The position numbers and the translations under genes were made by a program. Under the pieces are notes generated by a model. That model was given only the letters and a program-made list of their open reading frames with translations. It was not told the origin of the DNA and did no database searches. Positions 36,903 to 49,333 of a stretch of 64,000 nt of DNA are shown here, one piece after another (within the stretch, counting starts at the first letter, position 1; the number at the start of each line of letters is the position of its first letter). The stretch comes from Escherichia coli. GTDB taxonomy: Bacteria; Pseudomonadota; Gammaproteobacteria; Enterobacterales; Enterobacteriaceae. The stretch is from assembly GCF_030384885.1 (NCBI RefSeq), contig NZ_CP128613.1. One strand, given 5' to 3'.

Positions 36903-37694
36903 ATGGGTAAACTCACGGGCAAGACAGCACTGATTACGGGCGCATTGCAGGGAATTGGCGAAGGAATTGCCAGAACTTTTGCGCGTCATGGCGCAAACCT
37001 AATCTTGCTGGATATCTCCCCTGAGATCGAAAAGCTGGCGGACGAACTGTGTGGTCGTGGTCATCGCTGTACGGCGGTTGTCGCCGATGTGCGTGACCCG
37101 ACGTCGGTAGCCGCAGCTATCAAGCGCGCAAAGGAAAAAGAAGGGCGCATTGATATCCTGGTGAATAACGCAGGCGTTTGTCGTCTGGGCAGTTTCCTCG
37201 ATATGAGCGATGAAGATCGCGATTTCCATATTGATATCAATATAAAAGGCGTATGGAACGTCACGAAGGCGGTGCTGCCGGAGATGATTGCCCGCAAAGA
37301 TGGTCGCATTGTGATGATGTCTTCGGTCACTGGCGATATGGTGGCCGATCCGGGCGAAACGGCGTATGCCTTAACGAAAGCGGCGATTGTTGGCCTGACT
37401 AAATCGCTGGCGGTGGAGTACGCGCAGTCTGGTATTCGCGTTAACGCAATCTGCCCTGGATACGTTCGCACGCCAATGGCTGAAAGCATTGCCCGCCAGT
37501 CGAATCCGGAAGATCCAGAATCGGTGCTGACTGAAATGGCGAAAGCAATCCCGCTGCGTCGCCTCGCCGATCCGCTGGAAGTCGGCGAACTGGCGGCCTT
37601 CCTCGCATCCGATGAATCCAGCTATTTAACCGGTACACAGAATGTGATTGATGGCGGCAGCACACTGCCGGAGACGGTTAGCGTCGGCATCTGA
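36903..37694 (+). CDS. ucpA: Short-chain dehydrogenase/reductase UcpA
   Basis: Start placed at MGKLTGKTALITG (ATG 36903), 263 aa; SDR TGxxxGxG motif. Confidence 0.85.
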   Translation: MGKLTGKTALITGALQGIGEGIARTFARHGANLILLDISPEIEKLADELCGRGHRCTAVVADVRDPTSVAAAIKRAKEKEGRIDILVNNAGVCRLGSFLDMSDEDRDFHIDINIKGVWNVTKAVLPEMIARKDGRIVMMSSVTGDMVADPGETAYALTKAAIVGLTKSLAVEYAQSGIRVNAICPGYVRTPMAESIARQSNPEDPESVLTEMAKAIPLRRLADPLEVGELAAFLASDESSYLTGTQNVIDGGSTLPETVSVGI

Positions 37695-37997
37695 TTCACC
37701 TCTGTTTCCTCCCTGCATGTGTGGGGAGGATTTCGTCTTGAACTAAGTTCACCAGGCTATTTTATTTGTCATTTTGGCCCCGGGCAGTGCTCGAAATCCT
37801 CACGTACTATGTGTACGCTCCGGTTTCTCCGCGCTGTTCGTGTCCAAACTGACTGCAACAATTACGCCTGTTGAACCAAGTTCTTATTCCCTTTTCAACT
37901 TCCAAATCACCAAACGGTATATAAAACCGTTACTCCTTTCACGTCCGTTATAAATATGATGACTAATAGAAAGTCATTTAATTAATAAGGGTGCGCA

Positions 37998-39014
37998 ATG
38001 GCCGTTAACTTACTGAAAAAGAACTCACTCGCGCTGGTCGCTTCTCTGCTGCTGGCGGGCCATGTACAGGCAACGGAACTGCTGAACAGTTCTTATGACG
38101 TCTCCCGCGAGCTCTTTGCCGCCCTGAATACCCCGTTTGAGCAACAATGGGCGAAAGATAACGGTGGCGACAAGCTAACGATTAAACAATCTCATGCCGG
38201 GTCATCAAAACAGGCGCTGGCGATTTTGCAGGGCTTAAAAGCAGACGTTGTCACTTATAACCAGGTGACCGACGTGCAGATCCTGCATGATAAAGGCAAG
38301 CTGATCCCGGCTGACTGGCAGTCGCGCCTGCCGAATAACAGCTCGCCGTTTTACTCCACCATGGGCTTCCTGGTGCGAAAGGGCAACCCGAAGAATATCC
38401 ATGACTGGAACGATCTGGTGCGCTCCGACGTGAAGCTGATTTTCCCGAACCCAAAAACCTCCGGTAACGCGCGTTATACCTATCTGGCGGCATGGGGTGC
38501 AGCGGATAAAGCCGACGGTGGCGACAAAGCCAAAACCGAACAGTTTATGACTCAGTTCCTGAAAAACGTGGAAGTGTTCGATACCGGCGGTCGTGGCGCG
38601 ACCACTACTTTTGCCGAGCGCGGGCTGGGCGATGTGCTGATTAGCTTCGAATCGGAAGTGAACAACATCCGCAAGCAGTATGAAGCGCAGGGCTTTGAAG
38701 TGGTGATTCCGAAAACCAACATTCTGGCGGAATTCCCGGTAGCGTGGGTCGATAAAAACGTGCAGGCCAACGGTACGGAAAAAGCGGCAAAAGCTTACCT
38801 GAACTGGCTCTACAGCCCACAGGCGCAAACGATCATTACCGATTATTACTACCGCGTGAATAACCCGGAAGTCATGGACAAACTGAAAGACAAATTCCCG
38901 CAGACCGAGCTGTTTCGCGTGGAAGATAAATTTGGCTCCTGGCCGGAAGTGATGAAAACCCACTTCAACAGCGGCGGCGAGTTAGACAAGCTGTTAGCGG
39001 CGGGGCGTAACTAA
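37998..39014 (+). CDS. cysP: Thiosulfate-binding periplasmic protein
   Basis: 338-aa ORF with signal peptide; first gene of cysPUWAM. Confidence 0.9.
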   Translation: MAVNLLKKNSLALVASLLLAGHVQATELLNSSYDVSRELFAALNTPFEQQWAKDNGGDKLTIKQSHAGSSKQALAILQGLKADVVTYNQVTDVQILHDKGKLIPADWQSRLPNNSSPFYSTMGFLVRKGNPKNIHDWNDLVRSDVKLIFPNPKTSGNARYTYLAAWGAADKADGGDKAKTEQFMTQFLKNVEVFDTGGRGATTTFAERGLGDVLISFESEVNNIRKQYEAQGFEVVIPKTNILAEFPVAWVDKNVQANGTEKAAKAYLNWLYSPQAQTIITDYYYRVNNPEVMDKLKDKFPQTELFRVEDKFGSWPEVMKTHFNSGGELDKLLAAGRN

Positions 39015-39847
39015 TGTTTGCAGTTTCTTCCAGACGCGTGCTGCCGGGCTTTACCTTAAGCCTCGGCACCAGTCTGCTGTTTGTGTGCCTGATTTTGCTG
39101 CTGCCGCTCTCCGCACTGGTGATGCAACTGGCTCAGATGAGCTGGGCGCAGTACTGGGAGGTGATCACCAACCCGCAGGTGGTCGCGGCCTATAAAGTGA
39201 CGCTGCTGTCGGCGTTTGTGGCATCGATTTTTAACGGCGTTTTCGGCCTGCTGATGGCGTGGATTTTAACCCGCTATCGCTTTCCGGGCCGCACGCTGCT
39301 TGATGCGCTGATGGATTTACCGTTTGCGCTACCAACGGCGGTAGCAGGTTTAACGCTGGCTTCGCTCTTTTCCGTGAACGGTTTTTACGGCGAGTGGCTG
39401 GCGAAGTTTGATATCAAAGTCACCTACACCTGGCTTGGTATCGCGGTGGCGATGGCCTTTACCAGCATTCCGTTTGTGGTGCGCACCGTGCAGCCGGTGC
39501 TGGAGGAGTTGGGCCCGGAATATGAAGAAGCGGCAGAAACGCTCGGCGCAACGCGCTGGCAGAGTTTCTGCAAAGTGGTGCTGCCGGAGCTTTCTCCGGC
39601 GCTGGTGGCGGGCGTGGCGCTGTCGTTTACCCGTAGTCTCGGTGAGTTTGGTGCGGTGATTTTTATCGCCGGGAACATCGCCTGGAAGACGGAAGTGACG
39701 TCGCTGATGATTTTTGTTCGCTTACAGGAGTTTGATTACCCGGCGGCGAGCGCAATTGCTTCGGTGATCCTCGCTGCATCCCTGCTGCTGCTGTTCTCAA
39801 TTAACACTCTGCAAAGTCGCTTTGGTCGGCGTGTGGTAGGTCATTAA
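39014..39847 (+). CDS. cysU: Sulfate/thiosulfate ABC transporter permease CysU (CysT)
   Basis: 277-aa polytopic ORF; operon position. Confidence 0.9.
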   Translation: MFAVSSRRVLPGFTLSLGTSLLFVCLILLLPLSALVMQLAQMSWAQYWEVITNPQVVAAYKVTLLSAFVASIFNGVFGLLMAWILTRYRFPGRTLLDALMDLPFALPTAVAGLTLASLFSVNGFYGEWLAKFDIKVTYTWLGIAVAMAFTSIPFVVRTVQPVLEELGPEYEEAAETLGATRWQSFCKVVLPELSPALVAGVALSFTRSLGEFGAVIFIAGNIAWKTEVTSLMIFVRLQEFDYPAASAIASVILAASLLLLFSINTLQSRFGRRVVGH

Positions 39848-40722
39848 TGGCGGAAGTGACACAGTTGAAGCGTTATGACGCGCGCCCGATTAACTGGGGC
39901 AAATGGTTTTTGATTGGCACCGGAATGCTGGTTTCGGCGTTCATCCTGCTGGTGCCGATGATTTACATTTTCGTGCAGGCATTCAGCAAAGGGCTGATGC
40001 CGGTTTTACAGAATCTGGCTGATCCGGACATGCTACATGCCATCTGGCTAACGGTGATGATTGCGCTGATTGCCCTCCCGGTAAACCTGGTGTTCGGGAT
40101 TCTGCTGGCCTGGCTGGTGACGCGCTTTAACTTCCCCGGACGCCAGTTGCTGCTGACGCTGCTGGACATTCCGTTTGCTGTGTCGCCGGTGGTTGCCGGT
40201 CTGGTCTATCTGCTTTTCTACGGCTCTAACGGCCCGCTCGGCGGCTGGCTGGATGAACATAATCTGCAAATTATGTTCTCCTGGCCGGGAATGGTGCTGG
40301 TCACCATCTTCGTGACCTGTCCGTTTGTGGTGCGCGAGCTGGTGCCAGTGATGTTAAGCCAGGGCAGCCAGGAAGACGAAGCGGCGATTTTGCTTGGCGC
40401 GTCTGGCTGGCAGATGTTCCGGCGCGTCACGCTGCCGAACATCCGCTGGGCGCTGCTTTATGGCGTGGTGCTGACCAACGCCCGCGCGATTGGCGAGTTT
40501 GGTGCGGTGTCGGTGGTTTCCGGCTCGATTCGCGGCGAAACACTTTCGCTGCCGTTACAGATTGAATTGCTGGAGCAGGACTACAACACCGTCGGCTCCT
40601 TTACCGCCGCGGCGCTGTTGACGCTGATGGCGATTATCACCCTGTTTTTAAAGAGTATGTTGCAGTGGCGCCTGGAGAATCAGGAAAAACGCGCGCAACA
40701 GGAGGAACATCATGAGCATTGA
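39847..40722 (+). CDS. cysW: Sulfate/thiosulfate ABC transporter permease CysW
   Basis: 291-aa polytopic ORF; operon position. Confidence 0.9.
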   Translation: MAEVTQLKRYDARPINWGKWFLIGTGMLVSAFILLVPMIYIFVQAFSKGLMPVLQNLADPDMLHAIWLTVMIALIALPVNLVFGILLAWLVTRFNFPGRQLLLTLLDIPFAVSPVVAGLVYLLFYGSNGPLGGWLDEHNLQIMFSWPGMVLVTIFVTCPFVVRELVPVMLSQGSQEDEAAILLGASGWQMFRRVTLPNIRWALLYGVVLTNARAIGEFGAVSVVSGSIRGETLSLPLQIELLEQDYNTVGSFTAAALLTLMAIITLFLKSMLQWRLENQEKRAQQEEHHEH

Positions 40723-41809
40723 GATTGCCAATATTAAGAAGTCGTTTGGTCGCACCCAGGTGCTGAACGATATCTCACTGGATATTCCTTCTGGTCAGAT
40801 GGTCGCATTGCTGGGGCCGTCCGGTTCCGGGAAAACCACGCTGCTGCGGATTATCGCCGGGCTGGAGCATCAAACCAGCGGGCATATTCGTTTCCACGGC
40901 ACCGACGTCAGCCGCCTGCATGCACGCGATCGTAAAGTCGGTTTCGTGTTTCAGCATTACGCGCTGTTCCGCCATATGACGGTGTTCGACAATATCGCCT
41001 TTGGCCTGACGGTGCTGCCGCGTCGCGAGCGCCCGAATGCCGCGGCGATCAAAGCGAAAGTGACAAAATTACTGGAAATGGTGCAGCTTGCCCATCTGGC
41101 GGATCGTTATCCGGCGCAGCTTTCCGGCGGTCAGAAACAGCGTGTGGCGCTGGCGCGCGCGCTGGCTGTCGAACCGCAAATTCTGCTGCTTGATGAACCG
41201 TTTGGCGCGCTGGATGCGCAGGTGCGTAAAGAGCTGCGTCGCTGGCTGCGTCAACTTCATGAAGAGCTGAAATTCACCAGTGTGTTCGTGACCCATGACC
41301 AGGAAGAGGCGATGGAAGTCGCCAACCGCGTAGTGGTGATGAGCCAGGGCAATATCGAACAGGCTGATGAACCCGATCAGGTCTGGCGCGAACCGGCGAC
41401 CCGTTTTGTGCTGGAGTTTATGGGCGAAGTAAACCGCTTGCAGGGAACGATTCGCGGAGGGCAGTTCCACGTTGGCGCACATCGCTGGCCGCTGGGATAT
41501 ACCCCTGCGTACCAGGGGCCGGTGGATCTCTTCCTGCGCCCGTGGGAAGTGGATATCAGCCGCCGCACCAGCCTCGATTCGCCGCTGCCGGTACAGGTGC
41601 TGGAAGCCAGCCCGAAAGGCCACTACACCCAATTAGTCGTGCAGCCGCTGGGGTGGTATGAAGATCCGCTCACCGTGGTAATGCGTGGCGATGATGCGCC
41701 AGTGCGCGGCGATCGTTTGTTCGTCGGGCTGCAACATGCGCGGCTGTATAACGGCGACGAGCGTATTGAAACCCGCGATGAGGAACTTGCTCTCGCACAA
41801 AGCGCCTGA
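40712..41809 (+). CDS. cysA: Sulfate/thiosulfate ABC transporter ATP-binding protein
   Basis: 365-aa ORF; Walker [10 protein letters not shown] and ABC signature LSGGQKQR. Confidence 0.9.
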   Translation: MSIEIANIKKSFGRTQVLNDISLDIPSGQMVALLGPSGSGKTTLLRIIAGLEHQTSGHIRFHGTDVSRLHARDRKVGFVFQHYALFRHMTVFDNIAFGLTVLPRRERPNAAAIKAKVTKLLEMVQLAHLADRYPAQLSGGQKQRVALARALAVEPQILLLDEPFGALDAQVRKELRRWLRQLHEELKFTSVFVTHDQEEAMEVANRVVVMSQGNIEQADEPDQVWREPATRFVLEFMGEVNRLQGTIRGGQFHVGAHRWPLGYTPAYQGPVDLFLRPWEVDISRRTSLDSPLPVQVLEASPKGHYTQLVVQPLGWYEDPLTVVMRGDDAPVRGDRLFVGLQHARLYNGDERIETRDEELALAQSA

Positions 41810-41830
41810 TAGGTTGAGTGAATGTTAAAC

Positions 41831-41863
41831 GCCCGGAGGCGCTTCCCGCGATCCGGGCTTTTT
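41831..41863 (+). terminator. Hairpin plus T-tract after cysA
   Basis: cccgga...tccggg stem followed by cttttt. Confidence 0.5.
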
Positions 41864-41882
41864 AATGGCAAGGTTTTGTAAC

Positions 41883-41925
41883 CTGTAGGCCTGATAAGAC
41901 GGTAAACGTCGCATCAGGCAACACC
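41883..41925. repeat. REP element between cysA and cysM
   Basis: gtaggcctgataagacg...cgcatcaggc REP-type palindrome. Confidence 0.6.
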
Positions 41926-41942
41926 ACGTATGGACAGAGATC

Positions 41943-42854
41943 GTGAGTACATTAGAACAAACAATAGGCAATACGCCTCTGGTGAAATTACAACGAATGG
42001 GGCCGGATAACGGCAGTGAAGTGTGGTTAAAGCTGGAAGGCAATAATCCAGCCGGTTCGGTGAAAGATCGTGCGGCGCTTTCGATGATCGTCGAGGCGGA
42101 AAAGCGCGGGGAAATTAAACCGGGTGATGTGTTAATCGAAGCCACCAGTGGTAACACCGGGATTGCGCTGGCAATGATTGCCGCGCTAAAAGGCTATCGC
42201 ATGAAATTGCTGATGCCCGATAACATGAGCCAGGAGCGTCGCGCGGCGATGCGTGCCTACGGTGCGGAGCTGATTCTGGTCACCAAAGAGCAGGGCATGG
42301 AAGGCGCGCGCGATCTGGCGCTGGAAATGGCAAATCGTGGGGAAGGCAAGCTGCTCGATCAGTTCAACAATCCCGATAATCCCTATGCACATTACACCAC
42401 CACCGGGCCGGAAATCTGGCAGCAAACCGGCGGTCGCATTACCCATTTTGTCTCCAGCATGGGGACGACCGGTACGATTACCGGTGTGTCGCGCTTTATG
42501 CGCGAGCAATCCAAATCGGTGACCATTGTCGGCCTGCAGCCGGAAGAGGGCAGCAGCATTCCCGGCATTCGTCGCTGGCCTGAGGAATATCTGCCAGGCA
42601 TCTTCAACGCTTCGCTGGTGGATGAGGTGCTGGATATTCATCAGCGCGATGCGGAAAACACCATGCGCGAACTGGCAGTGCGGGAAGGGATTTTCTGCGG
42701 TGTAAGTTCCGGCGGCGCGGTTGCCGGAGCACTGCGGGTGGCAAAAGCCAACCCCGGCGCTGTAGTGGTGGCGATCATCTGCGATCGCGGCGATCGCTAC
42801 CTTTCTACCGGGGTGTTTGGGGAAGAGCACTTTAGTCAGGGGGCGGGGATTTAA
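41943..42854 (+). CDS. cysM: Cysteine synthase B (O-acetylserine sulfhydrylase B)
   Basis: 303-aa ORF with GTG start; PLP-dependent sequence closely related to cysK. Confidence 0.9.
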   Translation: MSTLEQTIGNTPLVKLQRMGPDNGSEVWLKLEGNNPAGSVKDRAALSMIVEAEKRGEIKPGDVLIEATSGNTGIALAMIAALKGYRMKLLMPDNMSQERRAAMRAYGAELILVTKEQGMEGARDLALEMANRGEGKLLDQFNNPDNPYAHYTTTGPEIWQQTGGRITHFVSSMGTTGTITGVSRFMREQSKSVTIVGLQPEEGSSIPGIRRWPEEYLPGIFNASLVDEVLDIHQRDAENTMRELAVREGIFCGVSSGGAVAGALRVAKANPGAVVVAIICDRGDRYLSTGVFGEEHFSQGAGI

Positions 42855-42856
42855 GA

Positions 42857-43225
42857 TTATTGTGCAGGCACCGTTTTATCCGTCTGCGCAATTAAAGCAT
42901 GTAAAAAAGGTTGCGCGTTTTCATCGCTCTTACCGGGCATCTTCACGATATACGGCTTCCCGGTAATCGATGATGACGAAGCAACCTTATCAATAAATTG
43001 CTCAGCAGTATCAATACGATTACGGGTATTGCCCAGCTTCAGACGCAAATGGGAAACCGCTTCATCGCAGGTATGTTCATCGCCGTTGCGCACAAATATC
43101 AAATCCTTTTTCTGTGCTAATCCCTCCAGCATGGCGTTGATGCGGGCTTCTTCGTGGGCGGTTAACTTCGCGTAAGCGGGGAGTGTCATTAGCAGCGTAA
43201 TGACCAGACAAATGATTTTCTTCAT
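42857..43225 (-). CDS. yfeK: Exported protein YfeK
   Basis: 122-aa ORF with signal peptide [19 protein letters not shown]; divergent from pdxK. Confidence 0.75.
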   Translation of the reverse strand: MKKIICLVITLLMTLPAYAKLTAHEEARINAMLEGLAQKKDLIFVRNGDEHTCDEAVSHLRLKLGNTRNRIDTAEQFIDKVASSSSITGKPYIVKMPGKSDENAQPFLHALIAQTDKTVPAQ

Positions 43226-43250
43226 TGAATTACCTTATCCTTGTTTTGTG

Positions 43251-43316
<66 letters not shown>

Positions 43317-43329
43317 GAGAAAAAATTAA

Positions 43330-44181
43330 ATGAGTAGTTTGTTGTTGTTTAACGATAAGAGCAGGGCATTGCAGGCGGATATCGTCGCCGTGCAGTCGCA
43401 GGTAGTGTACGGCAGCGTAGGCAACAGCATTGCCGTGCCTGCTATCAAACAGAACGGCCTGAATGTCTTTGCCGTGCCGACGGTATTGCTGAGCAATACG
43501 CCGCATTATGACACTTTCTACGGTGGTGCGATTCCGGACGAATGGTTTAGCGGTTATTTGCGTGCGCTTCAGGAGCGTGATGCGCTGCGCCAGCTGCGCG
43601 CTGTCACCACGGGCTATATGGGAACGGCATCGCAAATCAAAATCCTTGCCGAGTGGCTGACTGCGCTACGCAAAGACCATCCTGACTTATTGATTATGGT
43701 CGATCCGGTGATTGGCGATATTGATAGCGGAATTTATGTCAAACCTGACCTTCCTGAGGCATACCGACAATATTTACTGCCTCTGGCGCAGGGTATTACG
43801 CCTAATATCTTTGAGCTGGAAATCCTGACCGGTAAAGATTGCCGCGATCTCGACAGCGCCATTGCTGCCGCAAAAAGTCTGCTTTCAGACACATTAAAAT
43901 GGGTGGTGATTACCAGTGCCTCCGGTAACGAAGAAAATCAGGAGATGCAGGTGGTGGTGGTCAGTGCCGACAGCGTGAATGTCATTTCCCATTCTCGGGT
44001 AAAGACGGATCTTAAAGGAACAGGCGATCTGTTTTGCGCCCAGCTTATCAGTGGCTTGTTGAAAGGTAAGGAATTAACTGACGCGGTACATAGCGCGGGA
44101 TTACGCGTGCTGGAGGTGATGCGCTATACCCAGCAGCATGGTAGTGATGAATTGATTTTGCCGCCGCTGACTGAAGCATAA
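43330..44181 (+). CDS. pdxK: Pyridoxal/pyridoxine/pyridoxamine kinase
   Basis: 283-aa ORF; ribokinase-family sequence; synteny next to crr. Confidence 0.9.
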   Translation: MSSLLLFNDKSRALQADIVAVQSQVVYGSVGNSIAVPAIKQNGLNVFAVPTVLLSNTPHYDTFYGGAIPDEWFSGYLRALQERDALRQLRAVTTGYMGTASQIKILAEWLTALRKDHPDLLIMVDPVIGDIDSGIYVKPDLPEAYRQYLLPLAQGITPNIFELEILTGKDCRDLDSAIAAAKSLLSDTLKWVVITSASGNEENQEMQVVVVSADSVNVISHSRVKTDLKGTGDLFCAQLISGLLKGKELTDAVHSAGLRVLEVMRYTQQHGSDELILPPLTEA

Positions 44182-44210
44182 AAAAATGGCGCCGATGGGC
44201 GCCATTTTTC
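44181..44210. terminator. Bidirectional rho-independent terminator between pdxK and crr
   Basis: aaaaaaa-tggcgcc-gatg-ggcgcca-ttttt: perfect stem flanked by an A-tract and a T-tract. Confidence 0.8.
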
Positions 44211-44223
44211 ACTGCGGCAAGAA

Positions 44224-44733
44224 TTACTTCTTGATGCGGATAACCGGGGTTTCACCCACAGTCACGCTACCGGACAGTTTGATCAGTTCTTTGATTTCGT
44301 CCATGTTGGAGATAACAACCGGAGTCAGGGTAGACTTGGCTTTCTCTTCCAGCAGCGGCAGATCGAATTCAATCACGGTATCACCAACTTTCACGCGCTG
44401 ACCTTCTTCAGCAATACGCTTGAAGCCTTCGCCTTTCAGTTCAACGGTGTCGATACCGAAGTGGACGAACAGTTCAACGCCGCTATCAGATTCGATAGAG
44501 AACGCGTGGTTGGTCTCAAAGATTTTACCAATGGTGCCGTCTACAGGCGCGACCATTTTGTTACCAGTTGGTTTGATAGCAATACCATCACCAACGATTT
44601 TTTCCGCAAAAACGACATCCGGCACGTCTTCGATATTGACGATCTCGCCAGAGAGCGGAGCAATGATCTCAATAGTTCCGGTATCCTTCTTGTCGTCGGA
44701 AACCAGAGATTTCAGTTTATCGAACAAACCCAT
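44224..44733 (-). CDS. crr: PTS glucose-specific EIIA component
   Basis: 169-aa ORF; EIIA-Glc sequence. Confidence 0.95.
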
Positions 44734-44773
44734 GATCTTCTCCTAAGCAGTAAATTGGGCCGCATCTCGTGGA

Positions 44774-46501
44774 TTAGCAGATTGTTTTTTCTTCAATGAA
44801 CTTGTTAACCAGCGTCATTAACTCGTCCGTTGTCGGTTGAGCAAGAGCCTGCTCTGCTAACACCTTCGCATCTTCGAAGTTCGTGTTACGGATAATCTTC
44901 TTAATGCGCGGGATAGAAATGGCGCTCATAGAGAATTCGTCCAGACCCATCCCCAGCAACAGAAGTGTAGCACGTTCATCGCCAGCAAGCTCACCACACA
45001 TGCCAGTCCATTTGCCTTCAGCATGAGAAGCATCAATAACTTGCTTGATCAAGTTCAGCACGGACGGTGACATTGGCTGGTAAAGGTGTGAAATCATATC
45101 ATTACCACGGTCAACTGCCAGAGTGTACTGCGTTAAATCATTGGTGCCGATACTAAAGAAATCAACTTCTTTGGCTAAATGACGTGCAATTGTTGCGGCA
45201 GCCGGTGTTTCCACCATTACGCCGATTTCAATTGACTCGTCAAACGCTTTACCTTCGTCGCGCAGTTCCTGTTTGTAGATTTCGATCTCTTTGCGCAGTG
45301 CACGCACTTCTTCAACAGAGATGATCATCGGGAACATGATGCGCAATTTACCGAAAGCAGAGGCACGCAGGATAGCGCGGAGCTGATCGCGCAGGATCTC
45401 TTTACGATCCATCGCGATACGGATAGCGCGCCAGCCGAGGAACGGGTTCTCTTCTTTCGGGAAGTTCATGTATGGCAGCTCTTTGTCGCCGCCGATGTCC
45501 ATGGTACGAACGATAACCGCTTGTGAGCCACACGCTTCAGCTACTGCTTTGTAAGCAGCAAACTGTTCTTCTTCAGTGGGCAGCGCGTCGCGGTCCATGA
45601 ACAGGAACTCAGTACGATAAAGACCAACGCCTTCAGCGCCGTTACGCTCAGCACCTTCAACGTCACGAACCGTACCGATGTTAGCGCACACTTCTACCTG
45701 GTGACCGTCCAGCGTAATAGCTGGCAGATCTTTCAGTTTAGCAAGCTCTGCTTTTTCAGAAGCCACTTGCTCCTGAACAGCGCGCATTTTATCAATAACT
45801 TCGTTGGTTGGATTGACGTAAACCTGATTATTTACGGCATCCAGAATCAGATAGTCGTCATTTTTCACCTGAGAGGTGACGCTACCGGTACCCACGATAG
45901 CAGGCAGTTCCAGAGAACGCGCCATGATAGAGGTGTGGGAAGTACGGCCACCCGCGTCGGTGATGAAACCCAGCACCTTCTTCAGGTTCAGCTGTGCGGT
46001 TTCGGACGGCGTCAGATCAGCGGCAACCAGAATGACTTCATCCTGAATGGCGCTCAGGTCGATAATCTTCAGGCCCAGGATGTTGCGCAGCAGGCGCTTA
46101 CCGATATCACGTACGTCAGCCGCACGTTCTTTCAGGTATTCATCATCCAGCTCTTCCAGGGCAGAAGCCTGACCTTCGATAACTTCATGAGCAGCTGCGT
46201 CAGCTGTCATGTGCTTATCTTTAATCAGGGCTATGATTTCCTGCTCCAGCTCCTCATCTTCGAGTAGCATAATATGCCCTTCAAAGATGGCTTCTTTTTC
46301 TTCACCGAACGTTTCACCAGCTTTCGTTTTGATCGTTTCCAGCTGGGCTGATGCCTTGGCACGACCGCTCAGAAAACGTTCAACTTCCTGATCAACCTGG
46401 TCGGCAGAAATTTTTTTCCGGTCAATGACAATTTCGTCTTCTTTCAGAAGCAGAGCTTTACCGAAAGCGATACCCGGGGATGCTAAAATGCCTGAAATCA
46501 T
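44774..46501 (-). CDS. ptsI: PTS enzyme I
   Basis: 575-aa ORF; PEP-utilising enzyme. Confidence 0.95.
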   Translation of the reverse strand: MISGILASPGIAFGKALLLKEDEIVIDRKKISADQVDQEVERFLSGRAKASAQLETIKTKAGETFGEEKEAIFEGHIMLLEDEELEQEIIALIKDKHMTADAAAHEVIEGQASALEELDDEYLKERAADVRDIGKRLLRNILGLKIIDLSAIQDEVILVAADLTPSETAQLNLKKVLGFITDAGGRTSHTSIMARSLELPAIVGTGSVTSQVKNDDYLILDAVNNQVYVNPTNEVIDKMRAVQEQVASEKAELAKLKDLPAITLDGHQVEVCANIGTVRDVEGAERNGAEGVGLYRTEFLFMDRDALPTEEEQFAAYKAVAEACGSQAVIVRTMDIGGDKELPYMNFPKEENPFLGWRAIRIAMDRKEILRDQLRAILRASAFGKLRIMFPMIISVEEVRALRKEIEIYKQELRDEGKAFDESIEIGVMVETPAAATIARHLAKEVDFFSIGTNDLTQYTLAVDRGNDMISHLYQPMSPSVLNLIKQVIDASHAEGKWTGMCGELAGDERATLLLLGMGLDEFSMSAISIPRIKKIIRNTNFEDAKVLAEQALAQPTTDELMTLVNKFIEEKTIC

Positions 46502-46545
46502 AACCCTACCTTACTTGTGACTGATTTTTAAAAGAACCCGGGAAA

Positions 46546-46803
46546 TTACTCGAGTTCCGCCATCAGTTTAACCAGATGTTCAACCGCTTTCTGTTCGTCT
46601 TCGCCTTCTGCGGAGATAGTCACAACGGTACCTTGAGTCAGGCCCAGAGTCTGCAGTTTAAACAGGCTTTTCGCGCTGGCGCTTTTGCCGTTGGAAGTCA
46701 CAGTAATTTCAGAAGTGAAGCCCTTAGCTTCTTTTACAAACTGGGCAGCAGGGCGGGTGTGCAGACCGTTCGGAGCGGTAATGGTAACTTCTTGCTGGAA
46801 CAT
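46546..46803 (-). CDS. ptsH: PTS phosphocarrier protein HPr
   Basis: 85-aa [26 protein letters not shown] with active-site His15. Confidence 0.95.
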
Positions 46804-47136
46804 TGTATTTCCCCAACTTATAGGTTTAGTGTTGTGGAACTAAAGTCTAGCCTGGCGGTTCGACTTTAGCCTGTATTGTTAGCGCCAGTTTTTAACAGAC
46901 GCGACGCACGAAGAGCGCAATACAGTCCTTTGCTGGCGGGTGTTGACCGCTGACGTTTCGTACGTCATTAAACATTATGCCGCTAAAGGAAGAATTGAAC
47001 CAAATCATAAAATCGATTCAGCTATGGCTTTTCCTGTAACGATTAATTTCGCGCATCAAAATAATTAGTCTGGTTAAATACCAGTTCCGACAGGCTGAAT
47101 CAATGCCAGGAGGGGCGAAAGTTTGAAGCAGGCCAC
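46804..47136 (-). promoter_or_regulatory. ptsHI-crr upstream control region
   Basis: Intergenic region upstream of ptsH on its strand; individual promoters and sites not resolved. Confidence 0.35.
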
Positions 47137-47164
47137 AAAAAAGCACCTGAAAAGGTGCTTTTTT
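47137..47164 (-). terminator. Rho-independent terminator downstream of cysK
   Basis: aaaaaa-gcacc-tgaaaa-ggtgc-tttttt symmetric hairpin. Confidence 0.75.
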
Positions 47165-47186
47165 ACGCATTTTTAACAAGCTGGCA

Positions 47187-48158
47187 TTACTGTTGCAATT
47201 CTTTCTCAGTGAAGAGATCGGCAAACAATGCGGTGCTTAAATAACGCTCACCCGATGACGGTAGAATAACCACAATATTCTTGTTGGTAAAGCTTTCATC
47301 TTCTTGTAGTTTCAACGCTGCAGCAACAGCCGCTCCAGAAGAGATACCTGCAAGAATACCTTCCTCTTCCATCAGACGACGCGCGGTAGAAATAGCTTCT
47401 TCATTGGTGATGCCAATGACTTTATCGACCAGTTTGAGATCAAGGTTAGCCGGGATAAAACCAGCGCCAATCCCCTGAATTTTATGCGGGCCAGGTTTAA
47501 TCTCTTCACCTGCCAGCGCCTGGGCGATAACCGGAGAATCGGTTGGCTCCACGGCGACAGAGATGAGATCAGTCTTGCCTTTGGTGCCTTTAATGTAGCG
47601 GCTGACGCCGGTCAGCGTACCGCCAGTCCCAACACCAGCAATAAATACATCAACCTGACCGTCGGTATCTTCCCAGATCTCCGGACCGGTGGTTTTTTCG
47701 TGAATTTCAGGGTTTGCCGGATTGCTGAATTGTTGCAGCAGTAGGTATTTCTCTGGATTGCTGGCGACAATTTCTTCTGCTTTTTGGATTGCGCCTTTCA
47801 TGCCTTTAGCACCTTCGGTCAGCACCAGGTTTGCACCTAACGCTTTCAGCAGCTTGCGGCGTTCAATACTCATGGTTTCTGGCATGGTCAGGGTGAGTTT
47901 GTAACCGCGAGCGGCAGCCACATAGGCCAGTGCAATCCCGGTATTACCGCTGGTTGGTTCAACCAGTTCAACGCCTGGTTTCAGCACGCCGCGCTTTTCG
48001 GCATCCCAAATCATGTTGGCACCGATACGGCACTTAACGCTGAAGCTGGGGTTACGGGATTCCACCTTCGCCAGAATGCGTCCGTTACCGATGCGATTCA
48101 GGCGAACCAGCGGCGTGTGACCGATAGTCAGCGAGTTATCTTCAAAAATCTTACTCAT
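47187..48158 (-). CDS. cysK: Cysteine synthase A (O-acetylserine sulfhydrylase A)
   Basis: 323-aa ORF; PLP-dependent sequence. Confidence 0.95.
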   Translation of the reverse strand: MSKIFEDNSLTIGHTPLVRLNRIGNGRILAKVESRNPSFSVKCRIGANMIWDAEKRGVLKPGVELVEPTSGNTGIALAYVAAARGYKLTLTMPETMSIERRKLLKALGANLVLTEGAKGMKGAIQKAEEIVASNPEKYLLLQQFSNPANPEIHEKTTGPEIWEDTDGQVDVFIAGVGTGGTLTGVSRYIKGTKGKTDLISVAVEPTDSPVIAQALAGEEIKPGPHKIQGIGAGFIPANLDLKLVDKVIGITNEEAISTARRLMEEEGILAGISSGAAVAAALKLQEDESFTNKNIVVILPSSGERYLSTALFADLFTEKELQQ

Positions 48159-48342
48159 GGCCTGTCCTTAACTGTATGAAATTGGGATACAACAGGTAGC
48201 ATACCCGCTCAGAGAATATGCGGAAGTAAGGATTTAGCATATCTATATGCAGAAGGGAAATAATGACATGCAAGATGGAATAAGGGGTGGCATAAGCCAC
48301 CCCTGTTTCACACAAACGGTTTACAAAATAACCGGTAGATTG

Positions 48343-49104
48343 TTACCGCCACATCGCGTGTTTATCGCGATAGCAATCGACCCACATCGCCGTCGCGCCA
48401 CAAACGGCAACGGGCATAATGAACAGATTAAGCAGCGGGATCATCGTAAACAGGCTGGTTAAAGCACCAAACTGCATATTGGTGATTTTGCGTGTGCGCA
48501 GGGCGGTGCGCATCTCTTTAAACGGCACTTTGTGGTTATCGAAGGGGTAATCGCAATACTGGATGGCTAACATCCAGGCGCTAAACAGGAACCACAGTAC
48601 CGGTGCGACGGTTTGCCCAATGCCAGGGATGAAGTAAAGAATTAGCAATACAATTGCGCGCGGCAGATACCAGGCAAATTTTTGCCATTCGCGTTTCATG
48701 ATTCGCGGCACATCTTTCATGATACCGAAAATTCCGGTATCTGGCGGTGTAGCGCCAGTCAGTCTTGCTTCCAGTTGTTCAGCCAATAAACCGTTGAACG
48801 GAGCAGCAATCCAGTTAGCAATCGTTGAGAAGAAATAGCCAAACACTAACAGCACAGAGATGACAGCCAGGGGCCACAACAGATAGCTCAGCCATTGTAA
48901 CCAGTCCGGAACATAACTCATGAGAGTCGGGATCCAGACATCGAGTTGCGTAAAGAGCCACCAGAATGCGCCCCCCATCAACAAAATATTGACCAGCAGC
49001 GGTAAAATAACGAAACGCCGAATCCCAGGTTGCGAGACGAGCTTCCAGCCTTGCGCAAAATAGTAAAAACCGCTGCGTGGGGCAGATGTGAATGATGAAA
49101 CCAT
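48343..49104 (-). CDS. cysZ: Sulfate transporter CysZ
   Basis: 253-aa polytopic ORF; synteny. Confidence 0.85.
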
Positions 49105-49333
49105 AATCAGGATGAGCTCCTTTTGACCAATCCCAGGAAAATTCTGCGTATTTTACCGGGTAATTGCGCAATGGACAGTTAGGATATGTTCGAAAAAACA
49201 GCAAAAAGCACGATTTCATCTATCTTTGTGCTGTGAAAGTTAATAGTGCACTTGCACTTGAGGTAATCGGCAAATACTCTTAGTGAGTAAATGTTTGCCG
49301 TGGTGGCAAGGTGTTAGAACAACAGAGAATATA

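Noticed and set aside
38235-38963. 242-aa - strand ORF
   Set aside because: Antisense within cysP.
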